The notes beneath the pieces were generated by a model. The model did not search any database and had not been told where the DNA came from. It worked only from the letters and a program-made list of their open reading frames with translations. This document shows positions 59,407-64,000 of a DNA stretch of 64,000 nucleotides, one piece after another. The DNA is taken from NCBI GenBank assembly GCA_964291655.2, contig OZ219802.1, positions 1,216,001 through 1,280,000 on the forward strand, written 5' to 3'. Position numbers and translations under genes: made by a program. Each line of letters begins with the position of its first letter. Position 1 is the first letter of the stretch. This DNA is from Chloroflexota bacterium (GTDB lineage: Bacteria; Chloroflexota; UBA11872; VXOZ01).

Positions 59407-60834
59407 GTGAAGAGACCTATCGCAACACTCGTGCTGGGCCTCGGCCTGGCGCTTCTATCCGCCACTTCCATCGGCGCCAGCGTTGGTTGTCAGTTCGTAC
59501 TGGGCTTCAAGACGCTGCGGGACATCGTCGGTCACGAAACCGTGGGCGGATGCCTGGAGAACGAACACCACAACGCCAGTGGCGATGGCGTGCAGCACAC
59601 CACCGGTGGGCTCTTGGTCTGGCGCAAGCAGGACAACTGGACTGCCTTCACAGACGGCTATCGCACGTGGATCAACGGCCCCAACGGCCTGCAGCAACGG
59701 CTGAATACCGAGCGCTTCCCGTGGGAGCATGACTACGCACCCGGTGGCGGCGTCGCAACGCCGACCCCAACACCGATTCCACCTACTCCAACGCCTACTC
59801 CTACTCCTACTCCTACTCCTACCCCAAGGATAGATCCCCGCCTGGGCCGGGCATTGCAGGCGCTTCAGACAACATTTCTCGGCCGGACATACCACGCCTG
59901 GTTCACCGAGGCAGCACCCAGCATGACGTTTGGCACCGTGCCGGAAGGCTGGACGTCCCGCTACCATGACCCGCCGCGCAACGAGATCGTCATTGACACG
60001 GCTCTGCGCAGCGAGAGTGCCGACGTGCTCGCGGCCCTCATCGCCTGGGAAACGGTGCTGGCGGTCAATAGCAAGCGCCGCGGTCCACAAAGCGAGCGCT
60101 GGCGCTCCGGGGCAGACTGTCTGAACGAGGTGGTTGACGCCGAAGTAGCTCTCGCCCGCTGGTGGATTTCGCGCTTTGGCCATGAGGGCTTGAGCAATCC
60201 CAGGACAGCAACGGAGCGAATGCTCAATCTACTTGCACAGCGCTACCGCCAGGAATACCTGGAATTTTCGGTGCTATCGTCTTCGGCGTACCGTGAGTGG
60301 TGCGCGCAATACGGCACGCTGCCGCCTATTCCCACACCAGAGCAGTTCGTCGACCCCTTGCTTGAAACAGCGCTCCAGCTCATGCGGACCACAGCCTTCG
60401 GTGAGGACCTCTATGCGGCCTACCTGCAATCCAATGTCCATTACCTAGGCTTTGCCGACTTAAGCCGCGTTGATGTGCCGAACGTCTTGGGCATCTATGA
60501 CGCGAAACGCGGCCGCGTTTTCCTCGACGATACTCTCCGCGAAGCCAGTCAGTATGTGCGCGTGGCCGTGCTGGTGCATGAATTGTTCCACGCCCGGCCT
60601 GGTAACGACTATACAGACTATTCCACGGAGAAGTGCTTCGAGGAGGAAATACTCGCGTTCAGCGCGCAAGCGAAATGGTGGTACGAAAAATTCGGCGTAC
60701 GGGGCAAGCGCAATCCAACAAAGGCTGAGCGGCGCGAAAACTATATCTTAAGGGAGTGGCTGGCGGGACGTACCGATGACTTGGTGCGCCAGAGCGAAGG
60801 CTACCAGGAAGTATGTGCACGGCATGGTGACTAG
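59407..60834 (+). CDS. Secreted protein: CQFVLGF N-terminal module, (PT)n linker, two zincin-like repeats
   Basis: Signal peptide; CQFVLGFKTLRD...WTAFTDGYRTWINGP; VLVHELFH...EEEI in the second repeat. Confidence 0.75.
   Translation: MKRPIATLVLGLGLALLSATSIGASVGCQFVLGFKTLRDIVGHETVGGCLENEHHNASGDGVQHTTGGLLVWRKQDNWTAFTDGYRTWINGPNGLQQRLNTERFPWEHDYAPGGGVATPTPTPIPPTPTPTPTPTPTPTPRIDPRLGRALQALQTTFLGRTYHAWFTEAAPSMTFGTVPEGWTSRYHDPPRNEIVIDTALRSESADVLAALIAWETVLAVNSKRRGPQSERWRSGADCLNEVVDAEVALARWWISRFGHEGLSNPRTATERMLNLLAQRYRQEYLEFSVLSSSAYREWCAQYGTLPPIPTPEQFVDPLLETALQLMRTTAFGEDLYAAYLQSNVHYLGFADLSRVDVPNVLGIYDAKRGRVFLDDTLREASQYVRVAVLVHELFHARPGNDYTDYSTEKCFEEEILAFSAQAKWWYEKFGVRGKRNPTKAERRENYILREWLAGRTDDLVRQSEGYQEVCARHGD
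59755..59826 (+). repeat. Pro-Thr linker with (CCTACT)n microsatellite
   Basis: CCTACT repeated four times plus CCTACC; encodes TPTPTP. Confidence 0.8.
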
Positions 60835-61256
60835 GCACGCGGGACTGCAACCCGTCAAGCGGCGTTCGACCGCACGATTTGCAGGAAAGGCCGTGATTGA
60901 GTCGGGGTGCAGGGGTGCCTTTCGACCAAACGATCGGTCTGCCACGAGCAGATCTTGGCCTTGCGCTCATCAAGAGACGTAAAGCCTTCAGGTAGATAAA
61001 GGGCTCGCTCGAGCCGCCGGCGTGCTCTGTTGCATTGGTAGGCAGCGCATGTAGTCGCCCCGCTGTTGCCCATGCAGGTTGGTCCGGTTGACCGCCTTTC
61101 TCTCAATCCCCCACCGGTAGATTGCGTACACGTCCGTCGGCGTGGGCAGGCGTAATGTCACGCCAAAGGGAAAAGGATACGAATCAGCAGCGTGGTGTTT
61201 GCAGCGTTATGCTCGGTTTGAGTTAGGCAGAGACAAAGGAGAGTTATGCCAAGCGC

Positions 61257-61534
61257 CTGGCTCTCGGCATAACCGCTGTCACCTTCACCGAGAGTGCGGC
61301 GAGGGCTTGAAGCAAGCTTTGCGCTGCGCTACCATCGAAAGTGGCGAGTCCCGCGCCGAACTCTCTGACCGGGTACCTGCGCTGTCCGGCTGATGCGAGA
61401 GCAAAGGGGATTGGTGTCCTCGGGAATGCATGCCGCCGGAGCTACGATCTCGGCTGTTGTTGTGACGTTTCTCACAGGGAGAAGCCAGTGCGCGCAGGGT
61501 CTTGGCTGCTCTCCTCGCGAGAAAAGGTTTCAAC
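61257..61534 (+). ncRNA. Candidate structured leader RNA (unassigned)
   Basis: Several complementary segments and two possible pseudoknots found by eye (see findings); no family recognised with certainty. Confidence 0.4.
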
Positions 61535-62848
61535 ATGACGCAACAGAAGCACTTCAAGCAACTCGTCCGCGCCCGCATGGCGAAGACCGGCGAGAGTTAC
61601 ACCACCGCTCGCCGTCACGTACTCGCAGCCCGCACAGAAAGAGAGCAATCCTTGGCTGAGTTTCCCCACTTTCCCGGTGCCCATCCTGAGACAACCGCCC
61701 TGCGGGCGGCCCTGGCTCACGCGGGCGTTACTAATCCGGAAACCGGCGAATTCTTCACGGAATCCATGGTCTTCGGCATTGCCGGCGGCATTGGCGCCGG
61801 CGTGTTTCACTTCTACTACGCTGCCGAGGATTTTGCCAGCTTTTATGTTGCCGGTCGGCACCGCTGGCATGAGAGCGATACGTATGTGAACGACGCCTGT
61901 CTGCGCTTTGGCGTGACGCCAAGTGTCCTCGAGACTGGCGCCAAGAAACGAGCCGCCGCGCAGCTGGCTGAAGCCGTAGCAGCTACAGGCTGTGCCATTG
62001 CGTGGGTGGACATGGGACTGCTGCCGTATCGGGGCGCGCCGCCCGGCCTGGAAGGCGGGGGCTACCACGTGGTAACAGTGTATGAGATCAACGAGGACGA
62101 GGCGCTGATTGGGGACCTTACCGATGAACCCATCGCGATAGCGCTTGCTGACCTCGCTGCGGCCCGCGCCCGCATTAAGAAGCAGAAGAACCGTGTGCTC
62201 ACCGTTGCCGGCCCGCAGCAGGACCTTGTGCTGCGGGAAGCGGTGCTGGCGGGCGTCAAGGCCTGTCACGACGGACTGCAGAACCAGCGCATGAAGAACT
62301 TCACTTTGGAAGCCTTCAAGACCTGGGCGGACCGCATGCACGGCAGCAGCGGCAAGGAGAGTTGGGAGCAGGTCTTTCCCCCCGGTCATCGCCTCCTGCA
62401 AGGACTGCGCTCGGTCTATGACTTCGTCGAGCACTACCATACGGGCGGCGGTCTGATGCGCCCGCTCTATGCCGCATTCTTCCAAGAGGCGGCTGAGACG
62501 CTGGAGGAAAATGCATTCCTGCCGCTCGCAGAAGTGTACGCCGACCTGGGCAGGCTGTGGGGCGAACTGGCCAATGCGGCCCTGCCGGATGACGTGGCGC
62601 CTTTCCGTGAAGCGAAGACACTGCTCGCCCGCCGGGAAGAGATCTTCCTCAGCCAAGGCCTCGCCGCAACCGAGGAGATCAAGGGCATCTGGGCCCAGCT
62701 CACCGCGCTGGAACGCGACATGGGCAAGGAATTCCCCCTCACGGATGCGGAGAGCAACCAGCTCAGAGCTGAGCTAAAGGAACGCATCCTGGTAATCTAT
62801 GAAAAAGAGCGCGCCGCCCACGAAGCGCTGGGCGCCCTGGCGAACTAG
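61535..62848 (+). CDS. BtrH_N/DUF4872-like protein with a short basic N-terminal module
   Basis: MTQQKHFKQLVRARMAKTGESYTTARRH, then FTESMVFGIAGGIG, WVDMGLLPY...GGYHVV.VY, GGGLMRPLYA.FFQEAA. Confidence 0.75.
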   Translation: MTQQKHFKQLVRARMAKTGESYTTARRHVLAARTEREQSLAEFPHFPGAHPETTALRAALAHAGVTNPETGEFFTESMVFGIAGGIGAGVFHFYYAAEDFASFYVAGRHRWHESDTYVNDACLRFGVTPSVLETGAKKRAAAQLAEAVAATGCAIAWVDMGLLPYRGAPPGLEGGGYHVVTVYEINEDEALIGDLTDEPIAIALADLAAARARIKKQKNRVLTVAGPQQDLVLREAVLAGVKACHDGLQNQRMKNFTLEAFKTWADRMHGSSGKESWEQVFPPGHRLLQGLRSVYDFVEHYHTGGGLMRPLYAAFFQEAAETLEENAFLPLAEVYADLGRLWGELANAALPDDVAPFREAKTLLARREEIFLSQGLAATEEIKGIWAQLTALERDMGKEFPLTDAESNQLRAELKERILVIYEKERAAHEALGALAN

Positions 62849-63043
62849 ACACAGGCTGCCCGTGGTGCCTTTGTGCGCGTAGCCTGGCGCGGCGCTGTTG
62901 TCCTGCCTAAGTTCAGAGAATCCATGCCGGGCGCGGCGCTGTTGTACCGCCTGAGGGAACACTGCGTATTAGCAGTCCGTAGACTCTCTCCCCCTTGCAC
63001 CTGTTTAGGCACTCTCGATCGTTCGCGGTGAGCCTGTCATTCC

Positions 63044-63454
63044 TGCAGATGTCAGGTAATTCGTTGACAGACTTGGTAAAAGAAACATGGGAGCAGAACT
63101 CTGTGCTCGCCTACATTCATGTCATTCCGAACGGAGCGTAGCGGAGTGTCGCTCTTAGCGCGGAATCTAGAGTGCTGAGGCCGTGGAAGTGTGTTGAGCA
63201 GGGACCCTAGATTCCGCGAACAGTGTTCGACGCTACGCTCGGAATGACAAGGCCTTGTAGCACTTTCTACGGAGACCTTTGCATAACCCATCACCTATGA
63301 GGGGGAAGGATGGGATGGGGGTGAAACGAGTTGACATTATGTTATCTCTAGGTGTAAATGCGCCCTGGATTCCGGCTTTCGCCGGAATGACGGAGTTACG
63401 CAAAGGTCTCCTACGGGAGAGCGAATTCTGTCAACGAATTAGTCACCACTTACA
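63044..63454. mobile_element. MITE family C, copy 3, with a nested family B MITE
   Basis: TGCAGATGTCAGGTAATTCGTTGACAGA...TCTGTCAACGAATTAGTCACCACTTACA; ATTCC on both sides. Confidence 0.85.
63271..63411. mobile_element. MITE family B nested in family C
   Basis: GGAGACCTTTGCATAACC...GTTACGCAAAGGTCTCC flanked by TAC/TAC. Confidence 0.82.
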
Positions 63455-63575
63455 ATTCCGTTCGCGGTGAGCCTGTCGAACCGTGAACGATCGTTGCAGT
63501 CGGTGCTCATTGCCAATCACAGCGCCCGCACCCAGTTCAAAACTCCAGACACTGCCCCCCTTAGACCCTTAAACG

Positions 63576-64000
63576 CTATTCCCCCAGTCCCCGGCGCACT
63601 TCAGCAATGAGCGCAGGATCGGCCTTGAGGCGGATAGCGTTCTGCAGGTCTGACTGTGCCCGTGCCGCGCGGCCGGCGTAGCTATTGGCCAGCGCGCGAA
63701 AAGCGTAGGCGCGCGCGTGGCGGTCGTCGAGTTGAATGGCGAGGGTGAACTCGGTAATCGCGCCGTCGAAGTCGCCGAGGTCGTAATACGTGAGGCCGCG
63801 CTTGAAGTGCCGCGCTGCGGTGTTGGTTGCCGTCGTGGCGCCACTAGCCGAAGATCTGGGCACCACGTCGGCTCTTTCTAACGTGTAGTACGCGAGTGGG
63901 TGACTGGTGTAGGCGTTGGGTGCGAGAATGGGCGGGATTTCACCGCTGGCATAGCCCTTCTGACGCTCGTAGTAGTTCTTGTAAATGAACGCATTGTGGC
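63576..64000 (-). CDS. C-terminal part of a TPR-containing protein; starts beyond the window
   Basis: Frame is open to the window edge (HNAFIYKNYYERQ...); AARHFKRGLTYYDLGDFDGAITEFTLAIQLD is TPR-like. Confidence 0.8.
   Translation of the reverse strand, partial: HNAFIYKNYYERQKGYASGEIPPILAPNAYTSHPLAYYTLERADVVPRSSASGATTATNTAARHFKRGLTYYDLGDFDGAITEFTLAIQLDDRHARAYAFRALANSYAGRAARAQSDLQNAIRLKADPALIAEVRRGLGE

Noticed and set aside
61257-61534. RNase P RNA, HDV-like ribozyme or known riboswitch
   Set aside because: Only fragmentary resemblance (GAAAG..AGTCC, GAGCAA); the conserved RNase P P4 sequences and HDV P4/catalytic C layout are not present.

Overview
GC-rich chromosomal segment, most likely from a Chloroflexota genome (Chlor_Arch_YYY/DUF2298 membrane protein, Chloroflexi-type RpoD, orphan Tat-lipoprotein sugar-binding proteins). 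Housekeeping genes (mrp, dnaG-rpoD, plsX, holA, rpsT, modAB, tRNA-Thr(TGT)) are mixed with carbohydrate/sulfate catabolic genes (KdgD-like lyase, Gfo/Idh/MocA oxidoreductase, two tandem GH38 paralogs, sulfatase), a HicAB pair and an MFS-TetR efflux unit. Intergenic DNA is dense with nested repeats: several REP-like hairpin families, two MITE families with GGAGACC...GGTCTCC ends, a TGT...ACA MITE that inserts at GTCATTCC, and an IS481 element plus a miniature relative inserted at the same site of one MITE family (the empty site is also present). The main leads are: (1) a small GIY-YIG nuclease gene bracketed by inverted REP hairpins, like a RAYT/REPtron; (2) a ~275-nt structured leader before a BtrH-like protein with a short basic N-terminal module; (3) an N-methylglutamate-synthase-like three-gene cluster that has lost its catalytic residues; (4) a HEPN-DUF6884-like fusion placed directly after rpoD. 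All family assignments come from motif recognition by eye; no database searches or folding programs were run.
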